From Tubulanus polymorphus (taxonomy: Eukaryota; Animalia; Nemertea): a stretch of DNA of 64,000 bases. The stretch covers positions 22,156,210 to 22,220,209 of the forward strand of contig NC_134030.1 of assembly GCF_964204645.1 (NCBI RefSeq), written 5' to 3'. Below the pieces are notes generated by a model, which had not been told where the DNA came from, did not search any database, and was given only the letters and a program-made list of their open reading frames with translations. Positions 48,258-61,523 of this stretch are shown here, in pieces; positions within the stretch are counted from its first letter, which is position 1, and each line of letters begins with the position of its first letter. A program made the position numbers and the translations under genes.

Positions 48258-51200
48258 ATGTCCCGTTCGAGCCTTCGCTCGCCGATCTTACTGACCTCGT
48301 ATTACAGACCGTCGCTACCGACGACCGCAATAATGCCGACCAGTTCGACGTATCGCTCGACGATATCCAACAATAAATACAACTCGTCGGTTACGGGGGC
48401 GCGTCCGTTACCGCCCGGACCGGGTCCGATTTACAACAGCAGCCTGACGAGACTGCGCCAGAACCGCGCGTCGGATCTACCGTCGCTGAACGCGGGTCCG
48501 GTACGCGCCAATCACGCCACCACCACGTACAGTTCCAGTTACGGGTCATACGCCGCGCCAAAAAACACCGATTATACGTCGTCGCTCGGCAACCGATTGT
48601 CACGGCGGTCGCTTAGTTACGACAATCTGACGTCGTCGATCGGATCGCTGAAGGTCGCCGTTGGTGGTGGCGCCGCCGATTACACGTCGAAGACTCGTCA
48701 GCGTCGGCTGTCGTCGGAGAGTTCGACCGACACTAAAACGCGGGTATCGATTTACAGTCCGATCGAACGGCGCGGCTCACTTACCGGATACGACGCGACG
48801 CGGACTCAGACGCGGCGCGACTCCGTACATGACTCCACACGGACTCCGGCGCGGCGCGATTCGCTCAACGGATACGACTCCACGCGGACTCCGGCGCGGC
48901 GCGACTCCGTACATGACTCCACCTCCTCGACTCAACGGATCCGACGAGACTCACTTGGTTCAAACTCATCTACGGTTAGTATAAGTTTGATGATGTCATA
49001 GGGGGATTCATGTAGGCAGCCATTTTCTATAGAATGGTCTACTAGACAATTTGACGATGTCATAGGGGGATTTATGGAGGCAGACATCTTTTCTAGAAGT
49101 GTCTATAGATGAAATCATTGGTAACTAATTTGATGATGTCATAGGGGGATTTATGGAGGAAGACATCTGGAAATGTCTATAGATCCAATCACTAGTAGAC
49201 AATTTGATGATGTCATAGGGGGAATATGGACACAGCAATCTTTTCTGGAAGTGTCGATAGATTAAATCAATAGTAGACAATTTGATGATGTCATAGGGGG
49301 ATTTTTGAAGGCAGACATCATTTCTAGAAGTGTCTATAGATGAAATCATTAGTTACTAATTTGATGATGTCATAGGGGGATTTATGGAGACAGAAGAAGG
49401 TTCTATTGTATGTGTGTATTGTATTGTAGAGTCGAGTGATCTCCGGGACTGAATTCAAGTCTTCCAGTTCAATAACGAAATCTTCCACGGCCGCGCGTGA
49501 ACACAACGGACTGACCGGACTGAAAAACCTTGGAAACACGGTACGAAATATTTCATTACTCATTCGTTCAGTCGCGTACTCCCCACCAGAGGGCGTGTGG
49601 CTGCCCGGTTCTAAGATGATAATAGTTTACAGTGCCCAGTTTCACAAAAACGATTAAGGCCTAAATCGATTTAACATAAACTGAATTAATGAAGAAATTA
49701 AATCGATTTAAGAGATAAACCTTTTTGTGAAACTGGGCCCAGGATTTAAGGTCCTGTCAGAGACAAAAATGTTCACCATAGAACAGAGCTGGGGTTAACA
49801 AATAAAAACAGTTAGATCTATAGAAACAGAGTTTATTGTGAGGTTTAGTTTTAACCTCGAAACTCTAAGGAAATAAACTGTTTCTATACAGATCTAACTG
49901 TGGGTTTTTATTCGTTAACCCTACAGTGAGATTTATATCAGTTCCCTGCAGTCAGAGCTGGTTCAGATTCAGATCCTGTGACGTTAGTTTAGTCAGTAAA
50001 GTCTGTACTGAGGGGATTAAGGAATTCCATAAAAATGCCTTTATTTTCTGTTTTTCTATAAAATCATTTGAAATAGTCTTCCATGTACAATTGAAATGAC
50101 TGGAGCCAGTTGCTCAAAGGTTGGCTAGAGTTAACCAGTGGATAGTTCACATAGTAACAATTAAAACTTCATTGTTACGATGGTATTTATCGGCCGGTTA
50201 ACTTTAACCAACTTGTCAGCAACTGCAGCCCCAGAACTGTAAATAAATTCATGATCGATGTTAATTTTGATTTTCAATTGAATATCTTTTTTTCAGTGTT
50301 TTATGAACAGTATTACGCAGTGTTTGAGTAACTGTCGTCCATTGTTGGAATATTGTCTTAACGACGACTATCATTTAGACATCAACACGACGAGCTCCAC
50401 GATGAAGGGAGCACTATTTAAAGGTCAGTAGTACCGGACTCCACTCCGGTTAGTAGTATCCTCGGTAGTTAAGGGAAAAACGGGATTCTTACGGGGTTTA
50501 GAAAGTTGCAGAAGATAGGAATGTTTTTTTCCAAATTAATGAAAAGCTCAGGAAATTTTACCTTTTTTCTTTAAAAGGCTATGGAAAAGGTACAGAAATA
50601 TTAGAAAATAGTCTTAAAATGAACATTTTCCTTCTATTTTGAATTTTAGTCTATGCGCCTAAATGTCTACCTTTGACAAAAAACTTTATGAAAACACTTT
50701 GTCAATGGTATTGATAATTGGCGCCTATTTACTTTGAATGGACCTAGACATCGCATGTTCTAGGTTGGCGATGTGTAACTTAGGGCTTAGGAAAATTTAT
50801 GGAAAATGAAATTGCGAAACCCTTAAAAACCCTGGAAAAAAAATTCATTACAATTCACGAAATAGATCTTACATGGATTAGGCCTTTAGAAGAGAGGAAA
50901 AGTTTTTTTTAGAATTTATGATTTCCGTTGGCATTTCATAGAATTTTACAGCAACAAATAAGTCTAGTTGTTTACTTTCGATGGAATGAATTGAATTGTG
51001 TTTTACACGTATTTTCAGCCTATGCAAATCTGATGAGTGAAATGTGGTCCGGGCAGACGTCGTCTACGTCTCCAAATACGTTCAAGAGTAAAATGACTCG
51101 TTACGCTCCGCGTTTTAGTGGATACGGGTAAGTAGTCCGTCGCCGCGGGCAGACGGCGTTTTACTAGAACGGGGTAATGGTGGCGCCACTGACCCGGAAA

Positions 51201-51591
51201 ACTCAGGGAATCAGAAAATTTATATCGGCAATGCGTTTCTTTATCAAAACGTGATTCATTGAAAAATGAATGAATTATAAACATATTACAAGGTTTCCAG
51301 CCGTCCTTCCAAGTCCTCTTTTGGAAAAAGTTCGGACAAACATCATCTTCGTCCTTCTTTTTGACTCTTAAGTCCTTCCTTTCGATTAAAAAAATCCTTG
51401 AAAATTTTATTTTTATATATTTTCGCCACAATTTTGTCGCGAATTCCGACCGTTGAATTATTTCATTACTCAGACCCGGTAATTAAATTGTCGGTAAGAT
51501 TGAATATACAGGAAAGTGTCATGGAATTACACTGAAATATATGACTTGTCTACATGACTAGTATTCCGGCAGAGAAATTGCGAAAATGTTC

Positions 51592-51645
<54 letters not shown>

Positions 51646-54600
51646 AAATCGATATATACTGATGTAAAATAACAGCAGGGCAACCCGAAAAAAGCAAAGC
51701 TTGTAGTATCAGGCACCCTACGAAAATGTTCCCTTATTTTACTGGAAAGTACTTCTTGGTATTTCTTTTTACCCTGGTTTAAAACCTTCGCATTTGTTTT
51801 CTAGTCAGCACGACTCTCAGGAATTTTTACGCTACGCGTTGGAAGGACTTCACGAGGACGTGAACCGCGTCGGCGAGCGAGTGAGACCGGAATTGCCGGA
51901 CGACGCCGCCGAGGACAGAATGAAAGACTCGGAGAAATCTCTGCTTTACTGGAAACGTTACCTGAGACTCGGAAACAGTAAAATTATCGGTCAGTAATCG
52001 CTCGATATAAATTTTACTCATTTTAACGTAAACTTTCATCTAGATTTTTTATCTCTTGCTTAAAAATCTTTGACAAAATCATTAATGATCACTTGAAAAC
52101 TAATCTTTAGGGTTCAAATATTGCATGGTTTTTTCGGCACTTCGTAGAATTTTAGAAATTATGAGTATAATTTTAATTGAATCTGAGAAAAAATGTTCTA
52201 CTGTGCGCTTGTGACATATGGTGGATCCTCACTTCCCACAAGTGGAATCCTCTATTGCCGCAGTAGTTGATGTCCTACTGCACACTAGCGACACCTGGGG
52301 GATCCTCACTTGCCACTAATGGTATCCTCTATTGCGGCAGTAGTTGATGTCCTACTGCACACTAGCGACACCTGGGGGATCCTTACTCGCCACCAGTGGA
52401 ATCCTCTATTGCCGCAGTAGTTGATGTCCTACTGCACACTAGTGCCACCTGGTGGATTCTCACTTGCCACAAGTGGAATCCTCTATTGCAGCAGTAGTTG
52501 ATGTCCTACTGTACACAAGTGACACCTGGTGGATCCTCACTTGCCACAAGTGGAATCCTCTATTGCCGCAGTAGTTGATGTCCTACTCCACACTAGCGAC
52601 ACCTGGTGGATCCTCACTTGCCACAAGTGGAATCCTCTCTTGCAGCAGTAGTTGATGTCCTACTGCACACTAGCGACACCTGGTGGATCCTCACTTGCCA
52701 CAAGTGGAATCCTCTAATGCCGCAGTAGTTGATGTCCTACTCCACACTAGCGACACCTGGTGGATTCTCACTTGCCACAAGTGGAATCCTCTATTGCAGC
52801 AGTAGTTGATGTCCTACTGCACACTAGCGACACCTGGTGGATCCTTACTCGCCACAAGTGGAATCCTCTCTTGCTGCAGTAGTTGATGTCCTACTGCTCA
52901 CTAGCGACACCTGGTGGATTCCTAATCTATTCTTCATTTGTTTTTACCATTTCAATGAAGTATTTTTTGATTTAGAAGCGGATTTAACTGATTTCCCTTT
53001 TTGCTGCCGTATATTTACAGATTTATTTGTCGGACAGTTGAAGAGTACTTTACGCTGCACCGAATGTGGATATTGCTCAACTACCTTCGATCCGTTCTGG
53101 GATTTATCCTTACCCATACATAAAGTAAGCGTCCTCTTACCGCGCTTATCTTACCCTTACCCCTCTCGCTTACCCCCCCCCCTCTCGCTTACCCCCCCCC
53201 CTCTCGCTTACCCCCCCCTCTCGCTTACCCTTTCATACGAGTGTACTTAAAATTTCAGAGAACGACGAAAGTTCAGCTCAACGAATGTTTTCGACTTTTT
53301 ACGCAAGAGGAAATTTTGGACGGAGACGAAAAGCCTGTGAGTATCGTTCCGTAATCCCTAGATCCAGTTCCACTAGTTCCGTAATCCCTAGATCCTGTTC
53401 CACTAGTTCCGTAATCCCTAGATCCAGTTCCACTAGTTCCGCAATCCCTAGATCCAGTTCCACTAGTTCCGTAATCCCTAGATCCAGTTCCACTAGTTCC
53501 GTAATCCCTAGATCCAGTTCCACTAGTTCCGTAATCCCTAGATCCAGTTCCACTAGTTCCGTAGTCCCTAGATCCAGTTCCACTAGTTCCGTAATCCCTA
53601 GATCCAGTTCCACTAGTTCCGTAATCCCTAGATCCAGTTCCACTAGTTCCGTAATCCCTAGATCCAGTTCCACTAGTTCCGTAATCCCTAGATCCAGTTC
53701 CACTAGTTCCATGGTCTCTAGATCCAGTTCCACAAGTCCTCTTTAGAATCAAACTTAACCAACCCGCTTTTAATAATTAAAAAAAAAGACTGATTTAGCA
53801 GGTTGCAGAACTTAGTCATTCTCAGTTAAATACATCGACTACAGGTCGCGAGATAGAATTTTGAATGATATTCAAAATGAACTAGTTATAGCTGAAACTA
53901 AACTCAAAACTGTGGAACTGGGTCCAGAACTGTGGAATTTAGTCCAGAACTGTGGAACGGGGTCCAGAATTGTGGAATTTAGTCCAGAACTGTGGAACGG
54001 GGTCCAGAACTGGAGAACTGGGTCCACAGTAACTGTGGATTTGGTTCAGAACTATGGAACTGGGTCCAGAACTGTGGAACTAGATACAGAAATGTGGAAC
54101 TGGTTCCAAAACTGGAGAACTGGGTCCACAGTAACTGTGGATTTGGTTCAGAACTATGGAACTGGGTCCAGAACTGTGGATCTGGGTCCAGAACTGTGGA
54201 ACTGGGTCCAGAACTGTGGAACTGGATCCTGTTCCACGGGAATCGTAGAGTTCTGATGTAAACACAACAATTTTCGCTCAAGTTTGTTTTCAATGTTTCA
54301 ACTGCCTTGAATCTTAACTTCTTGAATGTTTGATATTTAACTGTAAAGTTTAAAGTATTTATTTTCTCGTTTCAGACGTGCGCCAAGTGTAAAACACGAC
54401 GGAAATGTCTGAAAAGTTTTTCTATACAAAGATTTCCGAAGATTCTAGTATTACGTATCCTTGAATTATTATTTACATCGGTCCCAACACGCTACCGAGT
54501 TCCCTGATTCTCAACGCTACTGAGTTCCCTGATTCTCAACGCTACCGAGTTCCCTGATTCTCAACGCTACCGAGTTCCCTGATTCTCAACTCGGTGAAAT

Positions 54601-55658
54601 ATTTACAGCAGTCCCAACTCTACCGAGTTCCCTGATTCTCAACGCTACCGAGTTCCCTGATTCTCAACTCGGTGAAATATTTACAGCAGTCCCAACTCTA
54701 CCGAGTTCCCTGATTCTCAACTCGGTGAAATATTTACAGCAGTCTAAACACGCTACCGAGTTCCCTGATTCTCAACTCGGTGAAATATTTACAGCAGTCC
54801 CAACACGCTACCGAGTTCCCTGATTCTCAACTCGGTGAAATATTTACGGCAGTCTCAACACGCGACCGAGTTCCCTGATTCTCAACTCGGTGAAATATTT
54901 ACAGCAGTCTCAACACGTTACCGAGTTCCCTGATTTTCAGCTCTACCGAGTTCTCTGTTAACTGTTCTCAATATCTGTTATCGACTTTAATTGTATTTCT
55001 TCCGCTCAGATTTGAAGCGTTTTTCTCAGGATCGATACCGCGGTAAATTAGCGACGCTCGTTGACTTCCCGATTAACGGTTTAGATCTCAGTTCGTTCGC
55101 TGCTGATTCAGGTCAGTCGCGCTCGGTAACTTTACGGCCGATTTCGCGTACAAGGGATTGAAAAATTCGAATTCGTACGTAATAAATACGTGAACGATCT
55201 GTTTGTATATTTATTCAGGATCGAAGAGCGGGGCGCGTTATGATTTGTTCGGTGTTTCGAATCACTCGGGTACGACGTACTCGGGACACTATACGGCGTA
55301 CTGTAAACATCCATACACGGGTATCTGGCACGAATACAACGACGCAAGGTAAATATCAATCCCCCTATGACATCATCATTCCTGATATCGATCCCCCTAT
55401 GACATAAAAACTACACATGTAAACACTTAAAGAAAAGATGTCTGCCTTCCATAAATCCCCCTATGACATCATCTATCATCAACCATGCTTGGAATGTTAT
55501 CCATGAATCCCCCTATGACATCATCAAATCCACTGGTAATTAGAATACCAATAAATGTTGGTTAAATTGATTGTTATTTTAGAGTAAGCAGTATGTCGTC
55601 TCGTGAGGTCGTCTCTTCAGAAGGATATGTATTATTTTACGAACTGCTGACTCATTGA
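48258..55658 (+). CDS. USP2: USP2-like ubiquitin-specific protease. Exons 48258-48974, 49430-49540, 50297-50423, 51019-51127, 51805-51989, 53021-53124, 53259-53336, 54376-54454, 55010-55111, 55219-55348, 55583-55658
   Basis: Cys box GLKNLGNT|[55 protein letters not shown]|TCAKCK, His box [22 protein letters not shown]. The N-terminus is Ser/Arg/Thr-rich. Confidence 0.93.
49633..49739. mobile_element. Harbinger-like MITE with CWG TSD; second copy at 57811-57920
   Basis: TIRs GCCCAGTTTCACAAAAA / TTTTTGTGAAACTGGGC. TSD is CAG here and CTG at the second copy. Confidence 0.75.
51595..51643. repeat. (TA)n microsatellite
   Basis: About 24 TA units. Confidence 0.97.
52220..52921. repeat. 77-bp satellite, about 9 copies, in a USP2 intron
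   Basis: Same unit as 22012-22403. Confidence 0.95.
53346..53735. repeat. Highly homogeneous 30-bp minisatellite, about 13 copies
   Basis: gttccgtaatccctagatccagttccacta, starting about 10 nt after a splice donor. Confidence 0.95.
54455..55009 (+). other. U12-type GT-AG intron in USP2, filled with a 25/55-bp minisatellite
   Basis: 5' site GTATCCTTG; candidate degenerate branch site GACTTTAAT at about 54983-54991. Splicing restores KILVL-H-LKRF. The interior is cgctaccgagttccctgattctcaa repeats. Confidence 0.75.
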
Positions 55659-56543
55659 GCGTGCAGAACCACACCACCAGGCGGCGTTCTACCGTTCACG
55701 AACACCAGGGGGCGCTGTTACGTACTACATCAACCAATCACTGGACAGGGTATTCCGATTACATAATGCAGCGAATTATGAGACACACTTTCCGTCAAAT
55801 TCTGTAGAAATGTTGTATTTTAAGTTTTCCGACTTTTTTCATGACCTGTTTCTGACATGTACCTGTTTCCACCATGTTACATGTTTTCACCATGTTCTGA
55901 CCTTTTGGGGACTTGTACGATAAAGGTCTGTTTGCTAGAATGTGTTACATGTACATGTTTCTGACCTGTTTCATGTACCTACTACTGACATTTTACATGT
56001 GCTCTTACTTGTTACATGTACATCTTTCTAACATGTTGCATGTTTTCCGCATGTTACATGACACACATGTATCTGTAGATATAATCATTGTTTTTAATTG
56101 TTCTAGGCTAAAACACTAATTTAGAATGATTTTAGAGTCGGTTAGGGTTTTTTTTTTTTGGAACCGACAAGTTGCGTAGACCGGTGAATCTATAGATTCA
56201 GAATACAACCCAATCTTGGACCAAGTGGTTGAGTTTTCTAGAAGTTTACCATCTATTCTAGAGACTAGACAACTTCTGCACTTCGGCTCCTAGTGCACGG
56301 GGAGTAGTTTTATCACTAGGATATTTTCAAACTCAAAATGAAAACTATTCATTTCTTCATAATTAGGAGTTCAGTCATTTTGGTACTGAAGAAATGTTGG
56401 TATTCATATTTAGCGTGTATCTTCAGGACCCACTCACGCAGATATTGTTCGAGTTTTAATCATTTTAAAACGATCATGATTTCGCTGAGCCTATTGTTGT
56501 ATTGTGTTCATGACTTATCGAGCTACCATGTAATATTTATTAG

Positions 56544-56791
56544 GGCCATCCCAAAATAATGGTCTGTTAGCCGTAACCCGACCGACCCGACTTCAAAGGA
56601 ACCGAGTGAAAACTTTTTTTGTGACTCATTGAAATAGATTTTATTGCTGATATTGTTTCCATATCAAAAAGGTGTCAAATTTGTTTTTATGCCCTAAAAT
56701 TTTGCAAAAAAAATATTTCTTCCTACCTACCGACTCATCCTGAAAACTTGAGTCGGTGTTACGGCAAACAGACAATGATTTTGGGATGGCC
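56544..56791. mobile_element. MITE with ~34-bp TIRs, Harbinger-like ends
   Basis: GGCCATCCCAAAATAATGGTCTGTTAGCCGTAAC / GTTACGGCAAACAGACAATGATTTTGGGATGGCC. Confidence 0.75.
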
Positions 56792-57059
56792 TTGTTAGTA
56801 ATCTGTTAATTGCTTTGTTAATTAATTTATGATGTTTGTTATTGGTATATGTATGTTTTTAGTACGGTTATTGAGTTCGACGTTGGACTGGTTTTCAGCC
56901 GATGATGTGGACTGGTTGCCGGTGTTATTCAATCAAAATGATGTTCGTAATTTTGTAGTCAAACCCGCTGAAGGAAGACTTGATTTATGTATCGTTAAGA
57001 CTCACCTTTTAAGATCTGCACAATCAGTTTAATACTGGTATCCCTCTGCAGCCAGGACC

Positions 57060-57381
57060 CAGCACACTTTCAAAAACTGATCGTCCACACTTCACATGTG
57101 TTCAGTGCTTCACCTGAGACATTTTTAATTGAAAATGAACTACAAACACCAGACATTAGACATTTTATCAGCACACTTTCAAAAACTGATCGTCCACACT
57201 TCACATGTGTTCAGTGCTTCATCTGAGACATTTTTGATTGAAAATGAACTACAAACACCAGATATTAGACATTTTATCAGCACACTTTCAAAAACTGATC
57301 ATCCACACTTCACATGTGTTCAGTGCTTCACCTGAGACATTTCTAATTGAAAATGAACTACAAACACCAGATATTTTATCA
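57060..57381. repeat. 109-bp tandem repeat x3
   Basis: cagcacactttcaaaaactgatc at 57060, 57169 and 57278. Confidence 0.93.
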
Positions 57382-58864
57382 AACTTCACCTGGCAAATTG
57401 CTCCAGGCTGCAGAGTTTCTGATGGGCTCCTGGCTGCCGATTGATAGCTGTATTTTCTATACGATGAAAAGATGAATTTTAGAAGCAAATATTGTGATAT
57501 TTTAATTTCGTTTGAATTATTGAAATTCATAGTAAAACGTAAAAACAGTATTCGAAAATATATTTCAATTCAATCCCGCCACAGTTTGTAAACGCCACTT
57601 TAGAACTACGTATTTTAGTAAACAATCTTTTTTATTAAGACTTCAGTCCGCTGATCTGAACCGAATTCCACAGTTTTGATTTTAAAATGTATTGAAGTCC
57701 TACAGAACTGCATGCACTCCACAGATGTTACATTTAGTTCAGTGTCCAGTGTTTGAACTCGTAAGTCTTATCGTTACTAAGAAACTGAACATTTCTGACT
57801 CGGAACTCTGGGCCCCAGTTTCACAAAAAGGATTAAGGCCTTAATCGATTTAATCGATAAACTGAATTAATGAAGAAATTTAATCGATTTAAGAGATAAA
57901 CCTTTTCGTGAAACTAGGCCCTGAACATTACTGACTTCAGATTAAACAGACTTCGTCATAAAAGTCGTCATCAGGTGAAGTCATTTCACGTTCAACAGAA
58001 GTCGTCTTCATTTTAAGTCCCTTTCGAAACATATATACATTTAAGTCGTCATTTCGATAAGTCCCAATTTGTATTTCTAGTTCAATTTTCATATTAAGTG
58101 TTGGTCATCATGTGATGACTAGAAGCGATTTCTAGCTGAATCTCCTTAAAATGGATTTGCCAAAACTCTGAAACCCTGAACCCCTCTTTTGTAAATAGAT
58201 ATAAATCTGTGAATAAAACTGCTGGTACGTACCACCAGGGGGCGCAGAAACCGTTATTTCAAATTTATTTATCAAATTTTAAATCCTTGTTGAAAATGGT
58301 ACTCGCGAATAACTTAATTAATCAGAGAGGCCGATCTTAATCTACACCTGACTGAGGAATGAGTGTGTACCTATAAACTGTGTGCCCCCTGGTGGTTATT
58401 TTTGGAACTATGAATCATGTAAATTGTTGAATTGTTTTATACTGCAGCTAAAGCGTGTTTATATATTTAAATGTTTACATGACGTAATTCATTTTTTTGT
58501 CGTGTTGTTGTTCGACTTTTTTCATGATAATAAGAGAGATGTCAGCGGCCATCTTGGATTGTTTTTTCACTGCAATAAAATATTGTAGAAATAGAGAACG
58601 TTCTGAATTTTGTTGTTTTTCGGGACAATTCGATCGTTCCCTTTCTGGTCGATATAAAATCGAACTAGAGCATGCCTCCTCCAGAAAGCTGCAACCGGAC
58701 ATCTCGTAATCGCAGTATTTGACAGTCAGTCACCCAGTCATCCAAACATCCGGCGGTCGTCCGGTCATCCCAGTCACCCAGATCCAGTCATCCAAACACC
58801 CAGTCGTCCTCATCCAGTCACCCTCACCTAGTCGCCCTGACATCTTGACATCCAGTCATCCATC

Positions 58865-59349
58865 TATTGGAGTGATAAATTAGTTAACAAGTAGTTTGCA
58901 TAACGGGAAGGAAGCCAGAGTTCAGGGCAGTGGCTGAAGTTAGTAAACAACCTACGTAGATACTTACGTCGCGCACAAGACACTGAATAGAAGATAGGTG
59001 AAAGTGACGTGAGTATCTGCGAAGGGTTGCTGGTTATAGCGGCAGCCTTGAGCTCTGGTATGGCTAGGAAGTAAACAAGTAATAAACTCGTCACGTATAA
59101 CATATGTAGAAGTATACGTCGCGAGTAACTTGAAATAGTATAATAAGGGAGGGTCAGCACAGTAAGGGGGTTGAGAGATTCGAGAGTGGCGCGGAAAAGC
59201 TTAAGATACGACCTGTAGGAAGGAATAAGCATTTTAATGGCAGAATAAAGAAAGAAGATCCACAAGAAGTGTTATTATTATTCTGGAGTCAGAGGAATAT
59301 CACGAATGGGACTAACCCTAATACTCGGAGAAATTAACCAACAACAACA
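58865..59349 (+). mobile_element. Possible solo LTR
   Basis: ~485-bp purine-rich segment with AATAAA at about 59244, ending ...AACAACAACA and interrupting a satellite. It lacks a TG start and no TSD was found. Confidence 0.3.
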
Positions 59350-59940
59350 CGCGAGTGGAGAACGCAGATCAACCCCACAAAACATTGATGGAGAACAGAG
59401 GTGTATCCTGCACCTCTCGCTGCCAAGCGATCGTGTATATTTGGTGAGTGATCACGGGTGAAGTAAAAGTGTAAGATGAACGTAACAATCCGTAACCGTA
59501 ATAATAACATAAAATACGGGTTAAAATAAGTTGAAATATCGCGGATAACTCGATCTGTGTATAAAAATCATTTCCGTCTGGATTTAATAGCCGTTTGTTT
59601 GTCTTATTCGAGAAATATGTAATCTTCATATCGTCAGATTCAGTTGAAATGAATTATAGAGCTTCTAGTGTGGAAAGTGATTGTTTCTTTCGATATTTAA
59701 ATTAATCGAATTAACCGATTTTGTTTGGCGTTTTCGTAAGATCGTGTTTTGGACACTACGTTTTACATGGCAGCAAATTGGATTTACGACTCCGAATTCA
59801 TAGATTCGTGTGAATTAACGGACATGATGGCGTTCGGAAACGGCGATTCTGCGATCATAACGCGATAAATGAAAAAAAAACAGTGGAGTATTAGAAGCAT
59901 TATACAAACGCATTTCATCATCGGACAGTTCATAGATCTG

Positions 59941-60590
59941 CACCCTCACCTAGTCGCCCAGACATCCAGTCATCTAAACACCCAGTCCCCCAGTCATCCA
60001 GACACCCTCACCTAGTCGCCCAGACATCCAGACATCTAAACATCCAGTCTCCCTATCATCCAGACACCCTCACCTAGTCGCCCAGACATCCAGACATCTA
60101 AACATCCAGTCCCCCAGTCATCCAGACACCCTCACCTAGTCGCCCAGACATCCAGACATCTAAACATCCAGTCCCCCAGTCATCCAGACACCCTCACCTA
60201 GTCGCCCAGACATCCAGACATCCAGTCCCCCAGTCATCCAGACACCCTCACCTAGTCGCCCAGACATTCAGACATCTAAACATCCAGTCCCCCAGTCATC
60301 CAGACACCCTCACCTAGTCGCCCAGACATCCAGACATCTAAACATCCAGTCCCCCAGTCATCCAGACACCCTCACCTAGTCGCCCAGACATCCAGACATC
60401 TAAACATCCAGTCCCCAAGTCATCCAGACACCCTCACCTAGTCGCCCAGACATTCAGTCATCTAAACCAGTCCCCCAGTCATCCAGCCACCCTCACCCAG
60501 TCATCCAAACCACCACCAGTCACCCATTCGTCCTGACATCCAGCCGCCCTCATCCAGCCGCCCTCATCCAGCTGCCCATAGACACCCAGT
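59941..60590. repeat. ~62-bp satellite (caccctcacctagtcgcccagacatccagacatctaaacatccagtcccccagtcatccaga); related degenerate block at 58725-58862
   Basis: About 9 direct copies. Confidence 0.93.
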
Positions 60591-61140
60591 CCTGCAGTCA
60601 CAGTATACTATTTCGCACCTGTACAACAGTCGGTGGTTCTTCTTCGAATTACGTTAAAATTGAGAACCGAATCACTGATGTTCATACACTCTCATAACCA
60701 CGTGTATCACTTAGACCGTGATGACAATAATTGAATGAGATTTAAAGATATTCATGATAAAGCACAATAGAACCACGTCATAAAACTGATCGCTGGTATA
60801 CGATGATAAAAACCGCGAGAGATTTTACGAGGAAATATATCGTCGAGCGATATCTTTCTTCAGTTCAATCAGAGTTAACTGATAGTTTAGAAAGTTTGAA
60901 CGTGTCTTATCAGATTTTCCGGCGTAATTCATCGATTTGTAAGCATTATGCTAATTATATGCAAATTACTAAGTGATAAGTCAGACAAATGTAAAGTGTA
61001 TATAAACACCAGTGAAATCCTAGTGAAACCGAATTGAAACATTTCAACACAAACGACATAAAAACTCTTCTATCAAGGTAAGTGTGTCTGAATCATAGTG
61101 TCGTCTCCATAGTCAATATCAATCTGTTTATATCGCTCTA

Positions 61141-61432
61141 CTTTCTCTCTCCCCCCTCTCTCTCTCCTCTCCATCACCTCTCTCTCCTCTCCATCACCTC
61201 TCTCTCCTCTCCATCACCTCTCTCTCCTCTCCATCACCTCTCTCTCCTCTCTCCATCACCATCAACTCTCCTCTCCATCACCTCTCTCACCTCTCTCCAT
61301 CAACTTTCTCTCCTCTCCATCACCTCTCTCTCCTCTCCATCAACTCTCTCTCCTCTCTCCATCACCATCAACTCTCTCTCCTCTCCCCATCACCTCTCTC
61401 CTCTCCATCACCTCTCTCCCTCTCTTTCCCCC
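61141..61432. repeat. CT-rich low-complexity repeat
   Basis: (ctctctcctctccatcac)n. Confidence 0.9.
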
Positions 61433-61523
61433 ATGTCTTTCTGTCTAGCCCCATTTGACCATTTGATGTCACTAATTTGATGTCAATGTCTAATGATGTT
61501 TGTTTGTTTCTGAATTATTTCAG

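Noticed and set aside
53273-54293. Repeat-protein ORFs ([15 protein letters not shown])
   Set aside because: They are intronic minisatellites between phase-matched USP2 exons.
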